Source: Ionaspis alba
Lineage: Eukaryota
Direction: 5' to 3'
Assembly: GCA_964255285.1 (NCBI GenBank)
Contig: CAXUUL010000069.1
Coordinates: forward strand, 1-37,983
Length of the DNA: 37,983 nucleotides
Shown: in pieces, positions 23,074-33,998 of the stretch
Position numbering within the stretch: position 1 is the stretch's first letter
Layout: the number at the start of each line of letters is the position of its first letter
Notes under the pieces: generated by a model
What the model saw: the letters and a program-made list of their open reading frames with translations, nothing else
What the model was told of the DNA's origin: nothing
The model's database searches: none
Position numbers and translations under genes: made by a program

Positions 23074-25876
23074 CTAAGCATCCGTCATTATATCGTCGTT
23101 GGTCATTTCATATTCATCGATCCACTGAATCTGCTGTCGCAACGCCAAGTCGAGCATCCAATCCGTCTTAACAACTCGTGGGATCTTACCGATGCTCTGG
23201 ACCATGTTTCGGAACTTTGGCCATAGCTTCGCCTCTCCACGCGATGGACCGCTGATGAGATAAACGTATTCGGGATCCTCGGGCTCATCATCATCGTCGT
23301 CTGCACTTTCGAGTTCTCCAGCTCTAGCAGAGGTAATAGAGCCAGCTCGAGCACGGTAGAGCAGACACCTCCCGCCATTGGCTGTAATGATTGACTTGTA
23401 GGTGTCAAAGCCCCCGAAAACGTCTTCGGTGCAGTAAATGGTTTGACCTTGGAGCAGATGTCCTTTGTTGGCTTTCGCTCTTGAAAGGACTTCGGAAAGC
23501 TCCATGTTGTACCGATCTTCTCCATCGCGATCTTCGAGAAGATAGTCTTCTGGATCGAGCCTTTCGTTCCTAGCGAGTGAGTCATGCAGGAAATCTAGCG
23601 AAACGATGACGGGAGCATAAGCTAGAGCGCGAATGAATTTCGCAGTACGCAGAATTCGTGAAGCTGCAACGTGAGAGCAATTTGCCGCATCTGTTGTGAT
23701 CATAATTCCCAATTCCCGTAAGCGTGCCTGAAAGAGCCGTTAGCGCCAAATAACAGAACAAATACCATTCAGCACGAACCCTGGCTTCCATCTCTGCTTT
23801 AGGGTTTTCATTCCATTCCCTGTGTCCTGTCACGAGCAGGCGTATCGAGGTAGGAGCTTTACCTTTTCTCCCGCGTTTTCCAGGCCGTCCATCAATTCTA
23901 CCAAGCTCATCAGAGTCCTCTGATGAAACAGATCGCTTACGGGATGGCTCTGGTGATTTTGCATCGCCTTTTCTTCGTCCTCCGTGAGTGACTCCTCCGA
24001 CTCTTTTCCTCTCCTTCTCATATAGGGCAATATCTGGAGCCATCTCGTGGAGCTTAGCAGCAGCCCGCGCTTTGGCGCCTCGACTTCCGGATGTTGATGG
24101 TGTTTCATTCTCCTTATTGTCGGGGCGAAGGCGTGAAGGGGCTGGGGTTCGAAGAGTGGCGCCATCGCTGTGACGACGGTCTTGCTTTGGTGCTCGTGGT
24201 GTCAGTCCATCCGATTGCACTAGCCTGGATGTTTGGTTTCTATCATCGGACGAGGTCTGGGGTTGAATCGCACTACTATTTAAAACAGCTGGCTTCGTAG
24301 CATTGTGGTCTTTTTGCTGCATTGGTCTTGGCAATTCTTCAAGGGGCTCCGAAGGTCTTGAGAAGAAGTTGCGTTCGAGAGCATCCCTATCAATTGGCGT
24401 CTGGCCGACCACCTCGCTCAGGTTCGTTCGAGGAGGGAAATGGGTATATCGCGGATTTGTGAGATTTTGAATCTGCCATTTTGCATAGCTTTCCTCGAGC
24501 CAGAGATGGTTGCACATATTGATGTTCCATTCCTTAGCCGCTTCACATTTTTCACTGAGTGTATGAGCGGTAATTAGGTGTGTGTTGTCCATTTTCATGG
24601 TCTTGGTGAATTCGCATCCTGCAGCTTTGGCTAAATTCTCCAAATAGATTCTTGCCTCACCATTGTAATTTGATAGACTAATACGGAATTTCTTGAAACC
24701 CGGCAAGCCTCCACGAACAATTGGGTAGTGCAGTAATCTCCTTAGCGGTGATGTCCACGAATTGTGCGTAATCAGATGATAAAGCCAAGGTAGGTTGCCG
24801 ACGACCTTTCCTTCCAGCGAAGCTGCTTGATAGTCGTCGCCCTCTCGATACTGACAGACTAGGACATCCGCCTGGGAGATGGTGACAGAGACTTTGCCAC
24901 CTCCCTTCCGGATAAGCTGTTCAATTGTCCGCCGAAGATGATCTTGAATATCAAGATCCAGGGACAACATAATTCGCCTACCTTCGAATACATTAAGATC
25001 CTCTCGCGCCGGAGCTGAATACATATAATCAGTTGGGAGACGACCAATCTGAACGGACATAGCACCTTGTAGATCGGGTCTTGCTGTGTCAGGAATACGA
25101 ACGTCGTTCGCAAGCCTTGTAATCTCAGGATCGGGGAGAAGGTATGGACCTTCATCAATACGTTTTCCGAGTCTTAGACAGTCATCAAACCTAGAAAGCC
25201 TGTCAGTATTGGCAGTCGCAAGGACATTTGAGAGGATCTGACCAATGCGGGAGCACTATTTTGCATTTGAGGTTCTTTGATACGGCGGTTTGACATTGGG
25301 GTGGATCCATTGTCAATGCCACTATATGCGTCACAAGCTTGGTGATCGGACTCGAGTAGAGTCCTCCCATTGCTAGTACCCCTCCTACAATGGCGTCCTT
25401 GTCTCCAGGAGGTAGGTCTGCAGGGCATACCACCAGTCCTGAGAAGAACTGACGTGGGTCTGCACTGTGGGAGCGAGGATTTGCCAGTCTCTTCTTCATT
25501 AACGACGAGTCTACCCAACTCGGTGTCACAACTGGAATCAAGGTATCCTCTGCTGCTTCGTACCCTTCAAAATCGATTGTATTCGACACGATGTGGGTGA
25601 GGCCTGCGAGGTCGATCTTGCCATGAGTTGAGGAAGCCGAGTGTTCTTGAGCTCCATTTTCGATTAGAGCTCTGGTCAGCTAGTCTATATCAGCAGTGTA
25701 CAAGGACTCCACCAGAAGTTACGTACTTCTCTCGCAACAGCCGATGTTAAGTTCCTACTCTCGACTATATGGAAATGAACAGCGGAGAAGAGTGGCGCTT
25801 TAGTTGTCTCCGAATCGTTAGGACCTTGAGTGCGCCCGCCTTCTCGTATGACCGTCGCAGCCTCGAGGACATCCAT
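23074..25876 (-). CDS. RTT107: Multi-BRCT DNA-damage scaffold, Rtt107/Esc4/Brc1 family (multi-exon)
   Basis: VVTPSWV, YS/HSADPRQFFSG-type motif, VTHIVAL, IVLPHW, VGNLPWLYHLI, RRLLHYP, ISLSNYNGEARIYLENL, NHLWLEESYAKW, ILRTAKFIRALA. Start codon approximate. Confidence 0.87.
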
Positions 25877-25988
25877 TCGCTTAGTGGATGAGGCTCTAGA
25901 GAATTTTGTTGCTCTATCGACTTGTCGAAGCAAAGTAAGTGATCTTGTGTAAGCAGGCAGGCCATAGTTATCCTGAGCTTCAATCTCT

Positions 25989-26000
25989 ACGCGGACGCGA
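25989..26000. promoter_or_regulatory. Tandem MCB-like (ACGCG) elements upstream of RTT107
   Basis: ACGCGGACGCGA about 110 bp upstream of the predicted ATG. MBF-type control is typical of replication and repair genes, but short motifs can arise by chance. Confidence 0.35.
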
Positions 26001-26292
26001 CTCGTCACGCTAGTACCAGAGTCACGTGCATCAGTCTTGGCACTTTGTATTAGGGATATTTACAGCCGAGGTCTATACCTCCCCCCCGAATTCCCCTCGA
26101 CTGCGGTTAAAATATCTCATCGCCGTCACCGACAATTGCGCATATATAACGTAATCATTGGCTTATGGCCTACCACACTCTTCCTTCAACGTCTGTCATC
26201 CTGATCGTCGATTTTGTATACAAATTCAACTTAACTCCTGTTCGAGTCAAAAGAAGGAGCTGTAGCAAGAGCTCAATTCTCCTACATTAAAA

Positions 26293-27756
26293 ATGTCCCC
26301 TGAGTTCTTCCGTGTACAAGAGCATGTTATTCCAGCACAGCACATTCGTGAGTATGCAGGTGCAACAGCTCATACCCAGGAAGAGGAATTGCAATTGCAT
26401 GTCAAACAGTACACGCCTTTAGATTCTGAGTCACTTTCATCTGATGCAATCACAATCATTGGTGCTCATGCCAATGGCGTTCCAAAGGTATTTCTTTCAG
26501 CAAACAAGCAGCTCCAGAAAGAGCTAATCATGTACAGGAGCTTTATGAGCCTCTATGGGATGAGATCTACCGACGATCCAAAAACTACGGATTCTCTCTC
26601 AGAGCAATATGGATCGCAGATGTTGCCCATCAGGGTATCAGCTCTGTGCTGAATGAGGACAAGCTGAGCAGTGATCGTGAGCACCTTTTCACGCACGCCT
26701 CAAGATCAAGCGATACTGATCTAGCTTCCACATCAAAGCATCGTGGATGGATCACTCGAGGGACATGCTTTTCATGATCAACCACTTCCGAGATCAAATG
26801 CCTCGGCCGTTGGTGGGTATCGGTCATAGCATGGGTGGCTGTCAAATGCAAGTTCTGTCTCAGCTAGAGATTTAGCAGTGGGCTCATACTATACCAGAGT
26901 CAATTTAGCACTCATGCACCCTCGCTTGCTAACCACATTGGTACTGCTCGATCCAGTCATACAAGTTATGCGTGCCGCCGGTCCTCCTACGGAGAAGGTC
27001 ACTGTCGCCCAAGCATCTACCTACCGTCGAGATATATGGCCTTCTCGAAAAGCAGCTACAGACTCATTCGCTAAGAGTCCGTTCTACCAAGCGTGGGACA
27101 AACGAGTACTGAATCTCTGGTTTCGATACGGTCTTAGGGACCTACCGACAGCCATATACCCTGACATAAACGAAAAGGATGGTAGTAGTGACGTCCCAGT
27201 GACCTTGACCACGACAAAACACCAAGAAGTTTGGACCTTCTTGAGACCTAATTACAAAGGGGGCGAACCTAAGGATAATCCTGCCATTGATCGATTCGTG
27301 ACACCCGACTTAGATCCTACTTCGGATGGAGTATATCCTTTCTACCGTCCCGAACCAATCAAATCGTTTCATAATCTTCCTTTCGTCCGACCTTCCGTCC
27401 TCTACATCCATGGCGCAAAGTCTAATCTTTCACCCTTGGTATGGCGAAGTCAGAAGCTGGAATTCACAGGTATAGGTGTCGGTGGCAGTGGTGGCGCCAA
27501 GGAAGGCCGCGTCAAGTCAGTCGTGCTGGAGGACGTCGGTCATTTTGTACCCATGGAGGCAGTGGATGATTCTGCAGAACATGCCGCCAAATGGTTCCAG
27601 CAAGAGATGCAACGGTACAGGGCCGAAGAGGTGCGATGGCACGAGCTACGGAGTCAAAGAGGGAAAATGGACGATAAGATGGTTGATGAAGAGTGGATGA
27701 AACATATAGGGCCACCCCCGACAAGGGAGAGATTGGCTACGGCTGCGAAATTATGA
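26293..27756 (+). CDS. Peroxisomal alpha/beta hydrolase (Lpx1/MpaH-like), 4 exons
   Basis: EHVIPAQHIREY, HANGVPKELYEPLW, SWMDHSRD, nucleophile elbow GHSMGG, LLDPVI, GHFVPME; C-terminal PTS1 AKL. Third intron 26848-26897 is GC-AG. Confidence 0.9.
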
Positions 27757-28049
27757 TTTCACGTTACCTGAGAACAGGATCACGAATGGAAATGGGTATG
27801 ATTGGGTGTGAATTATCAAAACTATCAATAGAACAGTCATATCTCCCTAACTCCAAACTCCGATCCCAATTAATTCCAACGCTGATTCGACCTACCTTTA
27901 GCGCCTCCCGCCTTGGAACACTCTCGTTCGACGGTTGCATTCTTTCTCTCCCCTCGGTACGTTGCTCTCGGTACGCCGGTCGTCTAGTCCAAATCCATCA
28001 TTCGTTCCTCACGGTCTTCCGAGGTGTCTGTATCCTCGCCAGAGTCTGG

Positions 28050-28691
28050 CTACGATTTGGTCCACGAGAAAACGACGTGAATGTAATCGTCTTCAAAAAG
28101 GTCGAACCCAGGATTTATAGGTTCCTCTAGACCGCAACTGATCGCGAGCATCGAGGCCAATGCCGCATTCTTGGGAGCTGTGACGAACTCGAGCGTGTCT
28201 ACCAGATTCTGGATCTCGTCGCATATCTTACACTCGTCATCAGGTTCCCCGCAGAAGTGGAGAGCGAACTGTGAGGTAAGGCAAGCGAAAGATCGCCAAG
28301 GCGTGGGGATATGTGGGTCGGACGGGATGCGGTAGCGCACGGGTGGACCCTCTAATTCCGGTCTCCTAAGTGCTGAATCGCAGAAAAAAGTTAAGTTCAA
28401 AAGACAAGTCCTCAGCTCCTCAGTGTAGAAGGTGATATCGGTGGACAGCGGGTGTCCTGAAAAGTCGAACTCGTATTCTGGAAAGAGAGCTGCGTGGACA
28501 TCCTCATACGAGGGCGGGGCAGGACTGGTCATTCGATCGTTAGCAAGACCAAGCCGGATTGGCCTTCGATCATCAGACGAGCCATGGATGATGAAGACTC
28601 TTCTGGCTTCCCCATCTGCCACGCTGATGGCGATGTCCAACGATGCGGTGATGTTACTCACCTGATTTCTATTGTTGCTCTCCGTCGTCAT
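28050..28691 (-). CDS. Hypothetical intronless protein, 213 aa
   Basis: Open frame with protein-like composition; TATA-like AATATAAG about 165 bp upstream on the minus strand; no recognised family. Confidence 0.6.
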   Translation of the reverse strand: MTTESNNRNQVSNITASLDIAISVADGEARRVFIIHGSSDDRRPIRLGLANDRMTSPAPPSYEDVHAALFPEYEFDFSGHPLSTDITFYTEELRTCLLNLTFFCDSALRRPELEGPPVRYRIPSDPHIPTPWRSFACLTSQFALHFCGEPDDECKICDEIQNLVDTLEFVTAPKNAALASMLAISCGLEEPINPGFDLFEDDYIHVVFSWTKS

Positions 28692-29553
28692 GTTGATGGG
28701 GCAGTGTTTGTCTTGAAAGAAAGTTTAGGTTTCGAGAGAGTCCAAGATCTGTCCTGATGCTCCTGCTGGGTCAAAGCTTTCGGGTCTTTCTCTCCTTTTG
28801 AGGGTTGTGAGATCGGATGAAGAAGAAGAATAGGAGATGGAGAAGGGAGCTTCTTATATTCTTGCATCTAGCTTGCCCCTTTTTCTTGAAGACCAGCCTA
28901 GTCGATACAATGCCATTCTTGCCCTTTGAATCGTTACCGTTATTGTACTAAGACGGTCTCCTTAGAAATGAAATGGANNNNNNNNNNNNNNNNNNNNNNN
29001 NNNNNNNNNNNNNNNNNNNNNNNNNNNNNNNNNNNNNNNNNNNNNNNNNNNNNNNNNNNNNNNNNNNNNNNNNNNNNCCTTTGAATCGTTACCGTTATTG
29101 TACTAAGACGGTCTCCTTAGAAATGAAATGGATTGTTCTGTAAGCTATTCTTTGTTGGGTTAGTCTTCTTTGTTCTAATATGATGTAGATCTTGAAAGAG
29201 CGTTATTGTTCGACTCATTTTCTATTAGAGCTCGCTGCATAAGATCGCTATTTCAGGAAAAGATAGCCTGTTCACAATGTCAGCTGTCGGCCGCTACGCC
29301 CGAATTGGTGATTGTTACCGTCCTTTGACTCAAGTAGTCACTCCTAAAAGGCAAGTTGTCTGAGTGGTTGAATCATTGTCACGTCACAGTGGAAGCACTT
29401 CTTTGGGATTCTCGAGATTCTTGAGTACTGTCTAGCCTCTCCGTTCTCTGCTTGAGGCCGTTCCGTTAGCCTGTGGGCTGATCTGACTCACCTCTCGTTT
29501 CTGTCACTTTTGAACTTTGCCTTCGCAGTTACCCTCCGGTCGTTGCCTTCGGT

Positions 29554-30432
29554 CTACACGTAGATGTGGATTTCATCTTCCTCGTCCTCGCTTGCGTCGA
29601 TTGGCAAGTGGCCCTCGTATTCGGCGATGAGAGTACCGTCGTCGTCAAAGAGTCCCCACTCGACCCACGTACCCTCGGGGCTTCTGACGTCTGCGAAGTC
29701 GTAGGCCAAGTTGCCCTCGGCATCCTGATCCCATTCGACCCAGATTCTATCGGCGCTTGATGATGCATGGCTAATGCAGACCTGGACACTGCTCCTGTGC
29801 CTATAGGAGGAGGAGTCTGTCAGCTTTTCAACATAGCTCAGCCCAAGGGCTTCTGCCATGGTCTTACTATTGCAAGCGAAGGCCAGAAGGGTGAGCAGTA
29901 AAACTGACCCCTTGTTGACAGGACTGAACCTCTCCGAACTGTTCTCTGGGGCGAGGATGGAGAAGTAGGTTTCGGAAGAAAGCTCAGACTGGCGAAAAGG
30001 TGTGAAGTGAGGCCAGACGGTGGCATCGGAAGACACCATTCGGAGAGTTGAAGCGATCAAGGATCTTATGAGTATGGAGAGGACAGCAGCGATCACTCTG
30101 CGAGGGCGCCCGGTCAGCAGCGTTTTGATGTTGTTAACAATGAGCTCAGCCACACTAAAAGGCTTGGCCCTGCCTGAAAAGTTAACCAGTGGGACTGCGA
30201 TGCGCATGATGGGCTTAGCAAGCTCCCAGGCGGGAGAGTCCTTGAGGTGTGGGATATCCAGGTCATCAATGACATCGATTAACTCGGGGGCACCCTCAGA
30301 TGGGATCGAAGCTGGGTCTTGAGGCGGGGCCGAGATGGTGACCTCTGTAGTATCGAACTCTCCAGTACCAGTGAGGTCTGGTATGGTGAGAACGATCTGG
30401 AAAGCCTTAGTAATATGACTGCTGATCGACAT
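29554..30432 (-). CDS. Hypothetical intronless protein, 292 aa
   Basis: Long ORF, good start context (CATAAAATG), acidic C-terminus; no recognised family. Confidence 0.65.
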   Translation of the reverse strand: MSISSHITKAFQIVLTIPDLTGTGEFDTTEVTISAPPQDPASIPSEGAPELIDVIDDLDIPHLKDSPAWELAKPIMRIAVPLVNFSGRAKPFSVAELIVNNIKTLLTGRPRRVIAAVLSILIRSLIASTLRMVSSDATVWPHFTPFRQSELSSETYFSILAPENSSERFSPVNKGSVLLLTLLAFACNSKTMAEALGLSYVEKLTDSSSYRHRSSVQVCISHASSSADRIWVEWDQDAEGNLAYDFADVRSPEGTWVEWGLFDDDGTLIAEYEGHLPIDASEDEEDEIHIYV

Positions 30433-31708
30433 TTTATGGTAGGGTATCTGGCTTGCTTGACTCTGCTGAAGTGAAACGCACTATATTCAATGCTGATTTG
30501 GCTCGTCAGATCTCTGTTGTTCGTCGATGTTATGGGACTGGACAAACAACATGAAGCGGACCGCCGAAATACCTTTCTATAGTTCAGGGCCTAGTATCCC
30601 GTTCTTTGTGTTGCAGCACAATGTGGTTGTTCGGCTCATTGTTCATAAATGGTGGAACAGCTGAAGATAATGTTCATTGTTGAAGACACTTCGAATTTTG
30701 GGACACAACGGTCTTTTGTTGAAGAAAGTCGGATAGATTGATACTGAAGCTCTTTACTAGGGACAATGGCCAGTGTCAGAGGGCAGCGACTATTTCCAAC
30801 CCTTGTCTCGCTAGACGAGCTGGCATCTACATCTTGAACAGCTCAACATAGTCCACATCCGGAATTGGATTCAGGAAAGCTTGTTGACAAGATTGGACGA
30901 AGTTCCTTAGATACTATTTACCTTTCAGAGACTTAAGAATAGAGTCTACAACAAACAACACCGGTCGAAGTATTACGTATCAGAGTTTTCGGGATGCCAG
31001 GCATTGCAACACATCAACTCTTGTACCCTTTTTCTCGTAATTCATACCTACAAGTTATACCGCCCACGAAGGAAGCAGAGCTTATATAGAACACCGACGC
31101 ATCGCCCCAGGCCAGTTGCCAAGGGTTCATTCACATCACGTGCAGAAGTTCGTATGAGGTTCAAAGAAATAAAGATCGTTATTGGACGGGCATCAACCGT
31201 GTTCTATCCCGCATTGCCAGTTCCAGCTATACTTTGTGAAGCCGTTCATACAGTGGCATCANNNNNNNNNNNNNNNNNNNNNNNNNNNNNNNNNNNNNNN
31301 NNNNNNNNNNNNNNNNNNNNNNNNNNNNNNNNNNNNNNNNNNNNNNNNNNNNNNNNNNNNNCACACAAGGGAGACACATGCATCCTCAATCGGCGCCTCT
31401 AACTCCATTGAATCCAGGAGTTCGAGTACATCGCGTACATACCATATTGCGTGGAGCTCGAATCTGATGCTGCCACAAAGCCAAATGTGTACTTACTAAT
31501 CGCTGCTTCTTGCACCCCCGATCGCATGCTCCAAATCCATTCTATACATGTGTCAGAACCCGTTGGGTAGATTGAGCCAATTCAGTAACTTCTTATGTCA
31601 AGCCGTTGCGCTCAAAACAAGTTGAGCACGCAGCAGTTGCAGTCACAATGTATTTCATCCTCGCGCTCACCCTAGCTCTTACCATTGCTCTCGTCCTTAC
31701 TCTCATTC

Positions 31709-32230
31709 TCAGTCTCCCTTTGTAGCCTCGGACTGCTTGACCTCTTCGGGTTCAAAGTAAGCTCCACTGATCTCACCAGCCAAACGAGCTTCTGCGTGGG
31801 GAGTACCAGGTGTGCCATTGCGTTCGAAAAGATTGCAGAAGTAAGTGCAGGATGCGACTAGTCTGATAATGGCTTTGAGAGTGTCCGCCAATTTACATAG
31901 GAGCCGCAAGGTGGTTACAATGCGGTATTCAGACTTGGAATGGGCTGGACTTGCACCAATGATCTCGACAATCATGTGAACGAGGGCCGGGTTAGTTCCG
32001 CCGGTGACCTCCGTGAGGACAGCAACGAAGAGGTTGATGATCATGGTCCCAACAATCTAAAGGATAATCATTTGGGTTAGCCACAATCGTAAGTCGATTG
32101 CTCTCCGTGTTAGAGCTGATGCCTTTCGGACCTCTCTCGCTGATGGGCCCATGACTCCTACCGGTATCTCCGGAACCGTGGAAATAGGGATGACGCGACT
32201 GGTTCCATGACGTCGTCTTCTATTCGACAT
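31709..32230 (-). CDS. Hypothetical two-exon protein (about 148 aa)
   Basis: ATG 32230, in-frame 75-nt intron 32057-32131 (GTCCGA...GCTAAC...TAG) joining ORF 31709-32044; donor is weak. Confidence 0.4.
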
Positions 32231-32612
32231 CGTGGGTGACAGTCGGTTGCTCTGTTGGTCCTTTTGAGATGAGAATCGCTCGATTGAGGATCTGGTACCC
32301 TGAGAGTAACGGAAGCTTGAAGCCTTTCGTGTTCCCGACATGTTCAAAGATCAAACATTTGTTGCACCACAATGACCATTGTATGGCACAATCTTCATTG
32401 TACCACAGACAAGGACCGCTATCAAGAGACAAGGTGGTTCTAGGTTCTTTGTTGGCGACATCCGAGTAGTTAGTCTGCCAATTTCATTGAAGCATTGTTC
32501 CTCTTGCTATGTATTATTTAGACACTCGCAGAATCTTTACCCCGTCAGAACCATAACTTGAATTTTCGCCTTTCCATCAAAAATCAAAACACTCTGTTCA
32601 ACAAAACACAAC

Positions 32613-33563
32613 ATGTGCGTACCAGTACGGCAATACAAACTTTGTTCCCACGTCTCTCAGCCGCTTGAATATAACGGTAACATACCTTGCGAATCATATG
32701 GGCAAGTCGTCAGCTGCGCTCGGCTGACCATAATTGGCGCCGATCCTAATCCTCTCTGTCCACATTGCACGTCCTCTGAAATAGATCTCCTAGACAAGGA
32801 GACAGCTAGTCTCATTCAGAGACACGCCACTCGAATCGCCCTCTATGAGCGAGCAGCAGCAAATGGCTTCAACACACCAGTGCTTTCCCAATGGATACAT
32901 ACGCTTCAGACTATAAACGAGGGTCTATTCAGTGCGACTCGCACGTTCATGAACGACTTGACCATCAACCTTGGGACAGACGTACAGCAAGTCAGATTCG
33001 GACAGTCTCTGGCGCCCCTTCAGCCTGAGAAAAATCCCCCGTCGGCTCGGGAAAGTGTTTCGGTGAATCCATCGTCGTCGGTTGGCAAGGTGGAATCGTT
33101 CGACAAGGTGACATCGTTCCTCGAATCTCTCTGCGATGTTAAACAGCATTCATTGAAAGAGAAAAACCCTTTTGGCCTTCCAAGCAAACTCTTCAGGTTG
33201 GACGATGAAATGGAGCTGGATGAGGATGAGCTTGTGAATGCTAGAGCACAGGAAGGCCTGGCGCGCCTTCCAATCGTGGAAGAGAAATTTGACAAGCTGA
33301 TCGAGACTCTAGCGAATAGCAAACCCGGAAAAGCGAAGAACGGGAAAAGCAATGATGGGAACTGGAAACCACAACCCAAGGGCCGGCGTCAGTGGCAGAA
33401 CCAAAATCAGAGCCAGAACAAATTCCACGGCCAGAATCGACATCGGGGTCAAAACAAATATCAGGGTCAGAACCAGTATCACGCGCAGGCGCAGAACCAA
33501 CAGGGAAATAACGGGTGGGGCGGTAATGGAAATCAGCGGAATCGAAAGCGCCAACGTCGCTAG
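32613..33563 (+). CDS. Hypothetical 316-aa protein with N-terminal Cys/His motif and Q/N/G-rich C-terminus
   Basis: Strong start context CACAACATG; MC...CSH...C...C...CPHC; terminal low-complexity GQN repeats followed by RNRKRQRR. Confidence 0.75.
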   Translation: MCVPVRQYKLCSHVSQPLEYNGNIPCESYGQVVSCARLTIIGADPNPLCPHCTSSEIDLLDKETASLIQRHATRIALYERAAANGFNTPVLSQWIHTLQTINEGLFSATRTFMNDLTINLGTDVQQVRFGQSLAPLQPEKNPPSARESVSVNPSSSVGKVESFDKVTSFLESLCDVKQHSLKEKNPFGLPSKLFRLDDEMELDEDELVNARAQEGLARLPIVEEKFDKLIETLANSKPGKAKNGKSNDGNWKPQPKGRRQWQNQNQSQNKFHGQNRHRGQNKYQGQNQYHAQAQNQQGNNGWGGNGNQRNRKRQRR

Positions 33564-33998
33564 ACTGCTCGAAATACCCCCCCAGGATATGCATTGTCTG
33601 GTCTCGACGTTGGCACAAGAAAAGGTACGTATTAACAAACCTAAAAGTGGTTTCGCGTATAGCGCGTACTCCATAATAATCTCGAGTCTGGTACTCGATG
33701 AAGAATGAACTCATTTTCATGACCTAAACATCGTTCCTTGCGCATAGCATTGGTAATGCTTGGCGTAGGTTTGACATAGAACATAAGGTGAACTGTGTGA
33801 TAGTCTCTGCTCGGGTTAGGTCTTCCTCAGTCCAAGTTGTCTAGAGATTCTTAGAACATGTATGCACCCACTATTTCTCTGTTTCGGTATAACCTAGCAG
33901 ACCTGGTTCAGTCAACCTTGATGACTTGAGCGAGGGCTGTTTCCATATTATTCTTGCTCTCGATTTCTTATCCACCTACAAGCCATGCTGCCCATCTC

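Noticed and set aside
28923..29132. Perfect 55-bp direct repeat (28923-28977 and 29078-29132)
   Set aside because: Same length and geometry around another 100-N gap; scaffolding artefact rather than an LTR or TSD.
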